Positions 26,748 through 41,842 of a DNA stretch of 64,000 nucleotides are shown here, piece after piece. The stretch is from Eledone cirrhosa. Lineage: Eukaryota. Made by a program: the position numbers and the translations under genes. Position 1 is the first letter of the stretch, and each line of letters starts with the position of its first letter. The stretch spans positions 51,770,001-51,834,000 of the forward strand of contig OZ024748.1 in the NCBI GenBank assembly GCA_964016885.1, given 5' to 3'. The notes under the pieces were generated by a model. That model ran no database searches and was not told where the DNA came from. It saw only the letters and a program-made list of their open reading frames with translations.

Positions 26748-26919
26748 TGTGTGTGTGCATACATATGCATATATAGATGTGTGTATGTGTATGCACGTGT
26801 GTAGGCATCTCTATATACATACACACACATTTAGCCATTAGCTAATGTTTGTCTACATTATTTTTGCATCTCCGTGTTAATTTACAACTGAGTGTATATG
26901 TATAGCATATCTGAGCATG

Positions 26920-28235
26920 TGTGTATGCGTGGTTTATGTATGTGTGTGCTGTGTGTGTATATGTGCAGTATGTATGGTTTATGTATGTGTGTGGTGATTG
27001 TATGTGTGCTGTGTGTGTATGTGTGCAGTATGTGTGCAGTATGTATGGTTTATGTATGTGTGTGGTGATTGTATGTGTGGTGTGTGTGTATGTGTGCAGT
27101 ATGTATGGTTTATGTATGTGTGTGGTGATTGTATGTGTGGTGTGTGTATATGTGTGCAGTGTGAGTGGTTTATGTATATATGTGTATGTGTGTGTGATGT
27201 ATGTAAGCATGTGTGTGTTTTTGTGATGCATGTATGTGTGAGTGTGTGTGTGGTGTATATATGTATGTCGGCATGAGTGTGGTGTATGTGTGTGGTGTAT
27301 GTGAGCATGTATGTGGTGTGGGTGAAGTGGGTGAACATGTTTTGTGTACGTGAGTATGTGTGTGGTATAAGTATGTGTATGGTATATGTATGTTGTGTAT
27401 ATATGTATGTGGTGTATATATGTGGTGTATATATATATATGTGGTATATATATATGTGGTGTATTATATGTGGTGTATATATGTATGTGGTGTATATATG
27501 TATGTGGTGTATATATATATGTGGTGTATATATATATGTGGTGTATATATATATGTGGTGTATATATATGTGGTGTATATATATGTGGTGTATATATATG
27601 TGGTGTATATATATGTGGTGTATATATATGTGGTGTATATATGTGTGTGGTATATGTATGTGGTGTATATATGTGGTGTATATATGTGGTGTATATATAT
27701 GTGTGGTATATGTATGTGGTGTATATATGTATGTGGTATATATATGTATGTGGTGTATATATGTGTGGTATATGTATGTGGTGTATATATGTATGTGGTA
27801 TATATATGTATGTGGTGTATATATGTGTCGTATACGTATGCATGTGTTGTATATATATATGTGGTGTATATATATATGTGGTGTATGTGGTATATATATA
27901 TATGTGGTGTATATATGTATGTCGTGTATATATGTATGTTGTATATATATATATGTGTGTGTGGTGTATATATGTGTGGTATACGTATGTGGTGTATATA
28001 TGTGGTATATATATGTATGTGGTGTATATATATATATATGTATGTGGTGTATATATATATATATGTATGTGGTGTGTATATATGTGGTGTATATATATAT
28101 GTGGTGCATATATATGTGGTGTATATATGTGTGGTATATATATATATATATATATATGTGGTGTATATATATGTGGTGTGTATATATATATATATGTGGT
28201 GTATATATATGGTGTATATATGTGTGGTATACCTA
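26920..28235. repeat. GTGGTG(TA)n compound satellite
   Basis: Dozens of ATGTGGTGTATATAT-type units. Confidence 0.95.
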
Positions 28236-29438
28236 GACATGTGGTTACATGCACTTGCTTGAGTAAAACTTTATAAAGATATACAAGCTGTTTCATAAGA
28301 TTACAAAATATTTTTAATTAAATATCATATATATATGTTCATGTGTGTGTATCTCGTGTATGTATGTGTGTATATATATATATGATATATGTGGATGTAT
28401 AAGCATTTATGTGGGTCTCTGTATATATAAATACATACATATATATAATGTATGTGTATTTATGTGTGTGTATGTATGTGTATGTGAGTGTGTCTATATA
28501 TATATATATAATGTATGTGGATGCATAAGCATTTATGTTTGGTCTATGTATGTATAAATATATATATATTTATGTGTGTGTATGTATGTGAGAGTGTGTG
28601 TGTATATAAATATATATGTATGTGTATGTATGTATGTGTGTGTCTGTGTATTTAAATTATTTTGTATGCTTTCTAATTTATTTCAATTTTAATTTCTTTT
28701 GGAACAAAAAGACAAAGAAACAACAAAAAATAGTTATTAGAAAAAAACACAAAAAACAGCCATTTGGATAACCTTAAATATTGAAAATGTTACTTTAAAA
28801 ATATGATAAACAATAACAAACAAATTAAAATTTTAACAAATATATATTCTTTTATAAATATATACATAGATATATTTAAGTTTTGTTTTCAATATATATA
28901 TTTTGTTTTTATTTGTAAATTTACAATTATCTAAAATGGAATATATTAATTCATATATGCATTTATTAAAAGACCTGTGATGAATCCTATTCTTGGTTGG
29001 TTGGCTGGCATAACAACAAAATGGCATAAACCATCAGAAACTCCTCTACCACACACTCATGCCATCCGGTGTTAGAATTCTTTTGTCTTAGCCAAGTGCT
29101 TTATCTTAATGTTCCAAAAACCTTGCATCCCAAAAGTCAATGATGATGGGTGTTTGGAAATAATTAAATCAAAATTTATCTATTTAATTCTTCACAAAAT
29201 GACTTTCGGGGATGTTTTGTTTTGTCTTGATGGGTTTATGAAATTTTTTTTTTTAATTTTCAGTGAATTTTATTAGAGTGATTTTGTAAATTATATTTTC
29301 ATTATTTTAGCATAATTTTACTTGCTAATATTTTTGGTTCTTTTAGTTTTTTTTAGCCAAATTTACCTTTATTTACCTTTTATTTTATATAGTTGCTCAT
29401 GTTTGTCTGTTTCTCTCACTATATACATATATATATGT

Positions 29439-29497
<59 letters not shown>

Positions 29498-30334
29498 GAC
29501 ATTTATCTATAGACACACACACAAAAATGTATATATGTATGTGTATATGCGCATATATATATATATATATATTTTCTCACACACACATGCACAATTTTGT
29601 GTGTGCTTAAGGCTCTCATGATATCTTCTACATCTTTGTTTTTATTCTAATTATTTAGTTTTCTATAGTTGCTATTTGTTATTTGGCATCCCATTATTTC
29701 TTCAGGTTAGGGATAGTGGTTTGGTCGGAATTTTTCATATATATATATGTTCATTCATTTACATATAATTTACAAAGAAACTAAATTATTATTTTTTTTT
29801 TCTTATTTAAAAAAAATTGGTGATTAAGAGAAAATGCAGAGAAATTCTCACCAAGGTCTAGGTGTGGGTCAAATATTTCATGATCTTAACCTCTTCCTGA
29901 CTCACTAAAAGATAGGATCTATTATGCTAATGAAGTTCATCATAATTCTGTCAGAACAACAACAACAACAACAATAACACCACAATGACAACAACAACTA
30001 CTACTACTACAGCAGCAAAAAGAAGCCATCAAAGAAACTTCTATATAATGAATCCATCTGCTAAAAATAGCAGCCTAATATTCATCATATCATAGCCTTC
30101 TATTGCCTCCAAGAAGGAAATATACACGGTATAATGTAACCTTATATATAATAGTTTGGATAAAAGACAATGACTTTCTGGTCATGGTTGGAATGTCTTT
30201 CATCATGGTTTTGCTTAATAAAATTGACCTAGGGTTAAACAAAAATGATCCAGCATCAGAATCTTTGTGTATCCATTAGGTCCTACTAGAAACAGCAGCT
30301 AAATCACCTTCATATCACAGCTGGCTGTCTTTTT

Positions 30335-30544
30335 TTCACATTACACTATATATACTATTATATTTTCATGGTAAAGGCTTTACTTCACATAATTATCTCA
30401 CATAATATAGAATCTATGAGATTTTAAAAGTATTTATTTTCAGAACAATACCTTAACATCAGTTTGAGTGACCAGTTACAGCCAGTTTCAACAGAAGGAG
30501 GTAGAGAATTCTGGCCAGTTTTGGCCAGTTTGAACACTAAAGGG
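30335..30544. mobile_element. piggyBac-type MITE (family F), left end lost
   Basis: Right end CTAAAGGG|TTAA; carries the uninterrupted TTATATTTTCATGGTAAAGGC site. Confidence 0.8.
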
Positions 30545-30879
30545 TTAAACATGTATGCTACATTGGATAATAGTCCAGCCTTAGATCTCTTGTGATGCTG
30601 AACTCCACCCTATGCAGACTGCATCAACATGAGATATTTTTCTCCACAATTCTTGATCACCAGCAGCAGAGTTCAAAGAGCAAAGATCAAGTCCAGTCCA
30701 TAAGCCTTAGATACAATGTTTGAATAAAGATGGCATGGGCATGGCTGGAACACCTTTGATCATAGGTCTTATCGATTATTACTACTTACCTAGGGTTAAT
30801 AACAATAACAAAAACATCAATAACAAATTAATATATGAATTATTGAACCAACCAGCCAACTGATCAACCAAAGTGCCAT

Positions 30880-31760
30880 CTACCAAACCAACCAAACACC
30901 AGCCAAGGATCTCTAGCCAGCCAATCAACCAGCCAGCCACCAGCCAAGGAACTCTCTAGCCAGCAAACCAACCAGCCAATCACCAACCAAGGAACTCTTT
31001 AGCTATCTAACAACAAACCAACCAACCCCCAGCCAAGGAACTCTCTAGCCATCTAACAAAGGAACCACCCACCAGCCAAGGAACTCTCTAGCCAGACAAT
31101 CAACAAACCAGTCAACCACCAGCCAAGGAACTCTCTAGCCAGCTAACAAACCAACCAACCCCCAGCCAAGGAACTCTCTAGCCATCTAACAAAGGAACCA
31201 CCCACCAGCCAAGGAACTCTCTAGCCAGACAATCAACAAACCAGTCAACCACCAGCCAAGGAACTCTCTAGCCAGCTAACAAACCAACCAACCACCAGCC
31301 AAGGAACTCTCTAGCCATCTAACAAACGAACCACCCACCAGCCAAGGAACTCTCTAGCCAGACAATCAACAAACCAGCCAACCACCAGCCAAGGAACTCT
31401 CTAGCCATCTAACAAACCAACCAACCACCAGCCAAAGAACTGTCTAGCTAGCAAACCAACCAACAAACCACCAGCCAAGGAACTCTCTAGCCATCTAACA
31501 AGCGAACCACCCACCAGCCAAGGAACTCTCTAGCCAGACAATCAACAAACCAGTCAACCACTAGCCAAGGAACTCTCTAGCCATCTAACAAACCAACCAA
31601 CCACCAGCCAAAGAACCCTCTAGCTAGCAAACCAACCAACAAACCACCAGTCAAGCAACTCTCTAGCCATCTAACAAAAACAATCAACCACCAGCCAAGG
31701 ATCTTTCTAGCCAACCAATCAACCAACCAAGGATCCACACAATCAACTAACCTACCAATC
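30880..31760 (+). repeat. 43-47 bp minisatellite with higher-order structure
   Basis: Core CCAGCCAAGGAACTCTCTAGC repeated ~18 times. Confidence 0.95.
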
Positions 31761-32179
31761 AACCAATGAACTGTCTAGACAGCTAGCCTACCAACCAACC
31801 AACTAATTAATCAACCAAGAAAATCAAAACAAACAGCCAACCAACCTATCAACCATACAACAATCTAAGCATACAGCCAACACAGTGTGGAACAGCCATA
31901 TCTCGCTCAAATCTCCCCAATGTACATTTCCACCCCACCAGCCAAAAGATATGCCACATTGTCCTTGATAAGTTACCCTGTAAAATGGTCCTGTTGGTGA
32001 CATGACAAAAAGCACCCAGTCCAACCTGTAAAGTCTTCATGCTGGTGACACAATGAAAAAGTACCCATCCACCCTGTTAGTTGGTCATTTTGAGGCCATG
32101 ATAAAAAGTACCCAATCCCTGCTGTAAAGTGGTTGTTTTGGTGCCATGACAAAAAGCACCCAGTCCACATTATGGTTGG

Positions 32180-32670
32180 TTTTAGGAAGGACATCATGCA
32201 GCCATAGATACAAAACCAGAAACAGTTTTGTATGAGCAAGACATGGTCACATGCTCTGATTCTCTCACAACACCAGGACAACTCATCTAACAACATGCTA
32301 GATAGCAAGGAAAATGGATGTTAAATAATGATGATGATAGTGATAGGTCTGCATGATAAGAGCTAACTAGAGGCTAGACAATAACCAACACTAACCCATG
32401 TTAGGTAGCAAGGAAAATGGTTGTTAAGTGATGATGATGATGGTGATGATGATGATGACAGAGATGGTGATGATGGTGATGATGGTGATGATGATGATGA
32501 TAGGCTTTCGATTATGAGAGCTGACTAGAGGCCAGACAATAACCAACACTAACCCATGTTAGCTAACAAGGAAAATGGATATTAAGCAATGATGATGACG
32601 GTGATGGTGATGATGATGATGATAGGCTTTCCATTATGAGAGCTGACTAGAGGCCAGACAATAACCAACA
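32180..32670 (+). repeat. SINE C copy followed by tandem duplications of its tail plus flank
   Basis: AAGGAAAATGG(A/T)T..TAA..(GAT)n..GAGCT(A/G)ACTAGAGGC.AGACAATAACCAACAC three times. Confidence 0.85.
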
Positions 32671-33700
32671 CAAGTCAGATTAGGATTTGTTAAGAAGGCA
32701 AATTATTTTCTTTAATTGGAATAAATTTTCATTTCTTCTCAGTTTTTTTTTGTTATTTTTAACCACTGCCTCCTCCATCCCCATTAATTTTAATAAATTT
32801 TAAAAAAAATATATTTTTTAAAAAATATATTTTTACAAAAATATATTTTTACAAAAATATATTTTTACAAAAATATATTTTTCCATTTTTTTCTTTAATG
32901 AGTTGAAGTGAGAGATGTTACAATATCCCATTTTTTTTGTTTTTGTTCGTTGTTATTGTTTATGTCCATTTTTAATTAAATTTTCTCTCTAATCAATCAA
33001 TCAGTCATTTATTTTATATTTAGAATTATAACTGGCTTGATTGTTTATCATCATCATCATTATTATTATTATCATTGTTGTTATTGTTATTATTATTATT
33101 TATATTGTCATTATTGTTTTTATTATTATTTATATTGTCATTATTGTTATTATATTGTCATTATTATTATCATTGTTGTTATTGTTATTATTATTATTAT
33201 TATTTATATTGTCATTATTGTTATTATTGTTGTTGTTGTTATTATTGTTAACGTTATTATCATCATCAATATATTTTTTTTTATTATTAATATCATCATT
33301 GTTGTTTTGAGAGGGTTAGGGTAGTGTAGGGGAGGCTTGGCTGGGATGTGGGGTGTGGTGTCGGTAGTGGTCAGGTGGGGCTAGTATATAATTAAAACAA
33401 AATGTTTAAATAATAACACAGGTGATGCTAAGCTGGAGGAGGTGGTAGTGGTGGTGGTGTGGACCTAATATTGGGGAGAGGGTAAATTATAGTGGAGACC
33501 AGAAAGATGTGGTGGCAAGGAGAGGGATTGTACAGGATGGTGGACACATTGATGGTAGATGGTGGGGATGACAGTAAAAGTAGTATTGGTAGTAGTAGTA
33601 GTAGTAGTGGTAGTGGAAGTAGTAGTAGTATTAGTAGTAGTAGTAGTGGTGGTAGTAGTAGTAATAGTAGTAGTGGTGGTAGTAGCAGTAGTAGTAGAAA

Positions 33701-33886
33701 GGGTGGTGGATTGGCAGTATTGGAAGAGCAGCAGACATGCTTTATGACATATAGTTACATCCCTTTACATTCAGTTCAAATCCTGTCATGGTTAACTTTG
33801 CCTTTCATCCTTATGAGATCGATAAAATAAAGTACCAGTAATGCACTGGGATAATTGCTGGCCTTGTGCCAAAAGTAGAAACAATT
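33701..33886 (+). mobile_element. SINE A
   Basis: Full length. Confidence 0.9.
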
Positions 33887-33910
33887 ATTAATATCATTAC
33901 TGAAACATTA

Positions 33911-34230
33911 GTGAAATCTTGCATGCATTAATTTCAACTCTTCTTATGAATAACTACATTGTTTCTTCCCAGGGACTATATTGAAAAATAAACCTTATTT
34001 GGTCACTCCCTGAGAGTATCTTGGTCAGTCAATTATGGGATAATTCTAGAGCTGTGAAATCTTGCATGCATTAATTTCAACTCTTCTTATGAATAACTAC
34101 ATTGTTTCTTTCCAGCGACTATGTTGAAAAGTAAACCTCATTTAGTCACTCCATGAGAGTATCTTGGTCAGCCAATGAAGGGGTAATGCTAGGGCTGTGA
34201 AATCTTGCATGAAGTATCTTGGTCAGTCTA
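33911..34230 (+). repeat. 143-bp tandem duplication (2 units plus a partial third)
   Basis: GTGAAATCTTGCATG at 33911, 34054 and 34197. Confidence 0.9.
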
Positions 34231-35010
34231 TGAACTTTTCAGCTGACCCTTGTAAACCAAAACAAATTAATGTTTTACCCAGTATATTTCAACATGATAT
34301 TTCATATTTGAACATAAAGTTTCTGGCTACAGACTGACTTCTATTGTCAAAAACCAGATTGCTGTTGGTCTTTAGATCAAAGACAGATATAACAGAAAAG
34401 GCCTATAATGAAAGACAATCCGGACTTGACCTTCCTGTGTTTTTGTATATTTAGAACATAGCTTAATATGTTCTTTCTAAATAAAGATGACAGGGTGTGC
34501 TTTAAGAGAATTTGACTGACTGCTATTTCATGGAAGTCAGACAACTACATAGCTTTCCTTCTTGATTTATAAACAAGTATTGTTAACATTTTTCAGTCAT
34601 TAAAGCTTGATCTACTTCATCTTCAGAGAGGTTTACAGTTTCACATACATTCTATTGTACCCAGCTTCTATATACATACTGTATTTGAATTAAAACCCAT
34701 TATTTCTGCATGAGAAATATATGTGAATGTGGTTTGTGCTGTGTGTGTGTGTGCACTATTCTATGTATGTTTATGCATACATATATATATATATCATCAA
34801 CATACTTATTTAATATCTGTTTTCCCTGCTAGCACATACACACTCACACTCTCACACATACACACACTCACACACACAAACACACATACATATACACACT
34901 CTCACACACATACACATACATATACACAATCTCACACACACACACACACATTATATATATATATATACATATAACCCATGCTAGCATGGAAGATGGACGT
35001 TAAACGATGA

Positions 35011-35053
<43 letters not shown>

Positions 35054-35537
35054 GCCTTAGGCTAAGTTTGCACTCAGAATCTTTATTTTTAATGCAGAAA
35101 TCAAAGTTTTGAATTTAAACCCAGCCTCTGGAAATGCAATATATGTATAAAGAGAAAGGCGAAAGACAATCAAAGATTTATATCAATGAAACAGAATGCA
35201 AGCAAAAACCTCCAAAACATGAAACATTAAAAGATAAATGAAAATTTGCATTAAGATCTCAAAGAAAAAATAGCCTAGAATCAAAGGAAAACTGGTGATA
35301 CTTTGTACAGGTAAAAAAAATCAATGGAAGAATTTGACAATATTGTGAGCTGAGTTGAGCTGAATTTTAATAGTATTTTACTAAGGACTAATACTGAGAA
35401 ATTGAAACTAATACTCTAGGTATCTCGATCTAATATTCCTAGCATAATTTTTTGCACAGGTAAAAAAAAAAAGATGAAAGTCATAAGACCACAAGATCAA
35501 TGAAGTAATTGTTTCTTATTAATCACATGTCTTATTT

Positions 35538-35890
35538 ATCTGACATCTGTCACCAACCACACTAGTCCCATCTTTCTGACATCTGTCTTACATCAACCAC
35601 ACCAGTCATATCTTTCTGACATCTGTCTTTTACCAACCACACCAATCATATTGTACTGATTATCAGTCTTTCATCAACCACACTAGTCACAACTTTCTGA
35701 CATCTGTCTGTCACCAATTACACCAGTCATATCTTTCTGACATCTGTGTCACCAATTACACCAGTCATATCTTTCTGACATCTGTATTTTACCAACCACA
35801 CCAATAATATTGTACTGACATCTGTCTGTCACCAACAACACTAGTCATATCTTTCTGACATCTGTCTGTCACCAACCACACCAGTCATAT
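35538..35890 (+). repeat. ~38-41 bp minisatellite x9
   Basis: TCTTTCTGACATCTGTC..TCACCAACCACACCAGTCATA units. Confidence 0.93.
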
Positions 35891-36059
35891 TAACATGTCA
35901 CATCTCATAAATCATACTGAGATATGTATCATAAATCACATCATTCATAATATCATACTTTATTTCATCAATCACACCAGTGATATTTCATGGACACATG
36001 TCATATAATTCATACCAGTCAACTCTCTCACATGAATCATATCTTATTTGTCTTTCAGT

Positions 36060-36247
36060 AATAATTGTTTCTACTTTTGGCACAAGGCCAGCAATTACCC
36101 AGTGCATTACTGGTACTTTATTTTATCGACCCCGTGAGGATGAAAGGCAAAGTTGACCTCGCCGGCATTTGAACTCAGATCATAAAGGGCCATAACTCTA
36201 TGCTGCAAAGCATAGTGTCCGACCCTCTATCGATTCTGCCAATCCAA
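36060..36247 (-). mobile_element. SINE A
   Basis: Full-length reverse complement; a decayed + strand fragment follows at 36358-36470. Confidence 0.9.
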
Positions 36248-36551
36248 ATACCAGTTATTTCTTACTGACACATGTCAGGTGAGTTGAACAGAATTTTAAT
36301 GGCACTCAATAAATGAGAAATACAGAGAAATTGAAACTAATAGGCTAGAAATCACAGGCAGCAAATTGGCAGAGTTGTTAGAAAATCAGATGGAATGTGT
36401 TACAGTATTTGATTTCTGAGTTCAAATCCTGCCAAGATCAACTTTGCCTTTCATCCATACTAGGCTCAATTGATCCTCTATCACAAAAATACGGCAAAAG
36501 CTTCTATTTCTATTATCAAACTCACTCGCTGTTTCAAAACATACTTACTTC

Positions 36552-36602
<51 letters not shown>

Positions 36603-36711
36603 ATGATGAGAGAAAAGAAAACTTAATGAAATGGAGTTTAAATATTCATATATTATGGCTAAATAGTGAGTCTTGTTACACTGGAGTATATATATATATA
36701 AAACATGGGAT

Positions 36712-36903
36712 CAGCTGATAAACTCCGACCTCACACACTTACACCTCTCCACGACAATGTCACTGGACCGAGACCTTTGGTGGTACTCAGTAACAGAGAA
36801 GACCCGCCTTGCCAGTAGGCATCTCTAACAAAATACACCCCGTCCCGCCACCACCCACACCCCATCCACACCACCCCGTCCTATGTAAAGTTATGTTGGT
36901 GCC
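36712..36903 (+). mobile_element. RTE LINE 3' end
   Basis: INSDLTHLHLSTTMSLDRDLWWYSVTEKTRLA plus UTR, homologous to 8911-9120. Confidence 0.88.
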
Positions 36904-36984
36904 GCGCCATCCAGGCCGAAACAAATGAGATCGTGTAGGTGTCACGACAAAAAAACACACAGTCCACGCTGTAATGTGGCCGTG

Positions 36985-37183
36985 TAGGCAACACGGTAAA
37001 AACCTCCCAGACCCACACTGTAAATGTGGTTGGTGTTAGGAAGGGCATCCAACTGTAGAAAACCTGCCAGACAGTCCTATGCGAGCAAGACAATCACTCT
37101 TGCCTCAAGTGGGAAAACCCCCGTCCAAACCCATGCAAGCGTGGAACACGGACGTTAAACGTTGATGATGATGATGATGATGA
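36985..37183 (+). mobile_element. SINE C
   Basis: GTTAGGAAGGGCATCC...CCCATGCAAGCGTGGAACACGGACGTTAAACG(TTGAT)(GAT)n. Confidence 0.85.
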
Positions 37184-37220
<37 letters not shown>

Positions 37221-37332
37221 CATGTATGAAAATAAATAAATATGTCAACTCTGATACCTGGTTGAGTATTATTTTCCTTTTTTAACACCTATGAATATTT
37301 GTTATATATATATCATCATCATCGTTTAACAT

Positions 37333-37377
<45 letters not shown>

Positions 37378-37469
37378 GGAGGTGAGTTTTATTGTAGCAA
37401 CAATAAAGCAATGCAAACATCGGAGTATAAATAATGTAAGATCAAAAGATGGTTAAAAAGTTCCAAGTA

Positions 37470-37535
37470 TTTTATTATGCGCATTTTAGAAACAAATATC
37501 ATCATGGGATGATATCTGCGTCTCATCAGATAAAA
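37470..37535 (-). ncRNA. Decayed hammerhead-like motif
   Basis: ttttat CTGATGA, 15-bp helix II, t AAAA tgcgca TA ataaaa; perfect 6-bp helix I. Confidence 0.5.
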
Positions 37536-38563
37536 TAGGGAAACATGATATAAAGTTTAAAAAACACTTGTGAACAGTGAAGTTTTAAATCCCCCATATT
37601 TAAAACATACTTACTATATGGGGGTGTATGTATGCTATGTAGCTGTGTGCATACTAATCTCTGCATTTGTTTTCATATTGCCACTGGTTAAACAACGAGT
37701 GTTATTTGATATGTGTGGCAGTTTGATGGTTGAAGATCAAGGCAGTAAGTCCCATACTTAATAAGTAAGGGTTGGTATGAGGAAGGGCATCTTGTCATAG
37801 AATACTTTCTCAAAATATTTTCATTTAAACACACCAGCATGTTAAAAAACAGATGTGAAAACTGTGATGATGATAATGATGATGATGTGTACCTTGTAGA
37901 TTTAAGTGAAGGATTAAACAGAAAGAGAAGTATCCCTTTATGTGTATGTATGTCCTCTAAGCATATAATCTGCCTAGCAATTTACTTTGATCATTTTAAT
38001 ATAAGCTGCCAGTTATTTGAGTTTATTGACACAGCTAATTCACAATATCTTTTCGCCATTTCAATAGAAAAATAAACTTTTTTTTAAAACTAATGCAAAG
38101 GAATTGAAGTTTGAGGAAGGCTTAAAGCAAGTTAATAATTGTTGTTGTAAAGAATGTGACACAAAAGAAATCGAAAATCCAGTTTTCTTTGAGATGACAG
38201 CACTAATCACAGATAAATACATATATAGATAGAGAAAGAAATAAGATAAGCAGTTATACATATTTTCATCTCAAATCGTTTTGATAAGAGCAATGAAATA
38301 AATAGTTTTGACCAGAGACCGATAACTAAAAAGTGAAATATTAAAAATTAAGATTCTAGATGCACCATGAGGACAACCAATATCATGTACATATGATCGT
38401 TTAAAGTTCTAAAGCTAGACTGCTGTACATGTGGTGTTTTGATGTTCAAACGATAGACTTTAGTTAAAATGAATATTAAACAAAATTGATGCACATGTGA
38501 TCTTTTAATGCCCCTTAAACATAAACTATTAAGCTAACAATATTTCAACTGTAAAAGCATTGC

Positions 38564-38700
<137 letters not shown>

Positions 38701-38735
38701 ATATATATATATATACACACGCATATATATATACA

Positions 38736-38767
<32 letters not shown>

Positions 38768-38844
38768 CGCATATTTATATATATACGCATATATATATAT
38801 ATATACATATATATATTTTCATGTGCGTGAGTATATATACATAC

Positions 38845-38883
<39 letters not shown>

Positions 38884-39206
38884 TGTATATGTATACAAGT
38901 GTGTGTGTATATATATATGCCTATTTCTAAGTGTATAACTATGTGTATTTATATGTGAAATATGAATCAATAAAAACTATCAATACTAAAGAGAAATCAA
39001 TTTGAGAGTGAGTTTAGTGAGAATTTAACTCAAATCCTGTTTGTATATATGAGTGTTTGTCTATGTGTGTGGGAGTGTATATATATATATGTATATATAT
39101 ATATACTTATACAGACATACATATACATGTATATATACATATATATTCACACACAACACTATATACTTTAGATGGATGTAGACATAGATAGTAATGTAAA
39201 TTATTA

Positions 39207-39386
39207 TTGGCAGTATCGGTAGAGGGTCGGACGCCATGCTTTCCAGCATAGTTACGTCCCTTTACGATCTGAGTTCAAATCCCGCCGAGGTTGTCTTTGC
39301 CTTTCATCCTTATGGGGTCGATAAAATAAAGTACCAGTAATGCACTGGGTAATTGCTGGCCTTGTGCCTAAAGTAGAAACAATTAT
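39207..39386 (+). mobile_element. SINE A
   Basis: Near full length. Confidence 0.92.
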
Positions 39387-39511
39387 ATATTTACACACAG
39401 CTGTAACACTAGCAAGGCCTGGACAGGTCCATACTGACCAAGTCAGTACTGATATAAAGCCAGTGATTTCCCAGGCTAGCCAGAGACCTGTGTCTCATAT
39501 ATATATCAAAA

Positions 39512-39841
39512 ACCCTCTTCGGTCATGAATGACCATGTGACTTGCACCTAGAAAGTCTCACTCCGAGGCACAAGTCCGGGCAAGGTTGTTTTGAGGAAGA
39601 CCAGTAGTCACCCATGCATACCAGACTCCCCTCTCCATGCCACCGATGATGTCCAAGGGAAAGGCAATGGCTAATACAGCTTGGCAGCAGTGGCATCACA
39701 ACACATTTCTACAGCTGAGTAAACTGGAGCAAAATGAAATAAAGTGTCTTGATCAAGGACACAATGCATCACCCTATCCGAGAATCGAACTCACATCCTT
39801 TCGATTGCAAGCCCAATGCTCTAACCACTAAGCCATGCGCC
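39512..39841 (-). mobile_element. SINE B
   Basis: Reverse complement of the 23524 and 60112 elements. Confidence 0.88.
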
Positions 39842-40007
39842 CATATATTTATTATAATGTGCAGCGAACTAACCAGGAATGTGCAGACTATATTTCAGTT
39901 GCTTGGTTGTGATGCAAATATAATGGAGCATTCAACGATCTGTATAAATGGTACAATTCGGAGCATTATTTAGTATTAAAAGCAGTGAAAAGTATTATTT
40001 AGTATTA

Positions 40008-40197
40008 GGGCAGTGGATTGGCAGTATCGGTAGAGGGTTGGACGCCATGTTTTCTAGCATAGTTACGTCCCTTTACAGTCTGAGTTCAAATCCTGCCGAG
40101 GTTAACTTTGCCTTTCATCCTTACAGGGGTCGATAAAATAAAGTACGAGTAATGTACTGGTTAATTGCTGGCCTTGTGCCTAAAGTAGAAACAATTA
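40008..40197 (+). mobile_element. SINE A
   Basis: TSD ATTATTTAGTATTA. Confidence 0.92.
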
Positions 40198-40502
40198 TTT
40201 AGTATTAAAAGATTGGAGATCATCATTGAATTTTTTAAAGAAGATTTTAATATTTTAAAGTTTTTTTTTAAGTTTTTACACCGTCTGATGTGCTCTTACT
40301 ATCAGAATAGGTAGGATGAAAACTATCTAGCCAGGGTCCTTGATGAAATATGTATCACAGAGATATAAATAAACCTAAATCAACTGCACATGGCCTCCGA
40401 TCTGTTAATGATATGTGTATGTGTATATATATATATGTGTGTGTGTATACATATATAACCCATGATACCATGAAAAATGGATGTCAAACAATGATGATGA
40501 TG

Positions 40503-40541
<39 letters not shown>

Positions 40542-41037
40542 GTAAACATAAGTACATAAATATACACATACATATGTATACATAAGTATATATATATATA
40601 TATATGGAGAGAGAGAGAGAATCATTAGAATAATTATTGTGTATGTATGGGTGTAACATGGGGTGTTTATGAGATATTTGCAGGGCTGGGAAAGCAGATG
40701 TGGGGTAGAGTAAGCTGGTGGGGTGGTGGTGCAGGTTGTGTCCTTGTGTTGAGGATTACCAGATGTAGTTTGACTTCCTGTTCATTAATAATTGCAAGAA
40801 ACCATGTTTCATGTATCATCATCATCATAATCAACATCATATTTCTTGTGGGATAGTGCGGGGGAGGGGGGATAATATCACTGTGGTGTCACTGTGCATA
40901 TGTGAGGCGGGGGGTCTACTCCCTACTCCCCCTGTTTTACAAGTAAGGTGGTGGTGGTGGGTGGTGGGCCTTCATTATGACCAAAAACAATAATAACATC
41001 ATATTCATTACAATCATCAGAATTGCTACCTCTAATA

Positions 41038-41842
41038 CCATCATCATCACCATCATCATCACCATCATCACTACCATCATCACTACCATCATCATCACCA
41101 TCACCATCACCACCATCATCACCATCACCATCACCATCATCATCATCACCATCATCACTACCATCATCACTACCATCATCATCAGCACCATCACCATCAC
41201 CACCATCATCATCATCACCATCACCATCATCATCATCACCATCATCACTACCATCATCACTACCATCATCATCAGCACCATCACCATCACCACCATCATC
41301 ATCATCACCATCACCATCATCATCATCACCATCATCACTACCATCATCACTACCATCATCATCACCATCACCATCACCACCATCATCATCATCACCATCA
41401 CCATCATCACCACCACCATCATCATCATCATCATCATCATCACTACCATCATTACCAATACCATCAATCATCACCATCACCATCATTACTACCATCACCA
41501 TTACCATCATCACTACCATCATCATATCACCATCATCACAACCATCATTACTACCATCATCATCACTACCATCATCACTACCATCATCACTACCACCATC
41601 ACTATCACCATCATCACTATCACCATCATCACTACCAACATCATCATTACTATCATCACTACCATCACCACTACCATCATCACTGCCATCACCATCACCA
41701 TCATCACTACCATCATCACCATCATCATCATTACCATCATCACCATTACCATCATCACTATCACCATCATCATCATCATTACCATCATCACTACCATCAT
41801 CATTACCATCATCATTACCATCATCACTACCATCATCATCAC
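41038..41842. repeat. (CAT/CAC/TAC)n compound trinucleotide array
   Basis: Directly visible; contains a 93-bp internal duplication. Confidence 0.95.

Noticed and set aside
30880-31760. CRISPR-like constant repeat with variable spacers
   Set aside because: Spacers are related to each other and periodic, the context is eukaryotic and there are no cas genes
40283-40335. CTGATGT...GAAA motif
   Set aside because: Core mismatch and no convincing helices I or III
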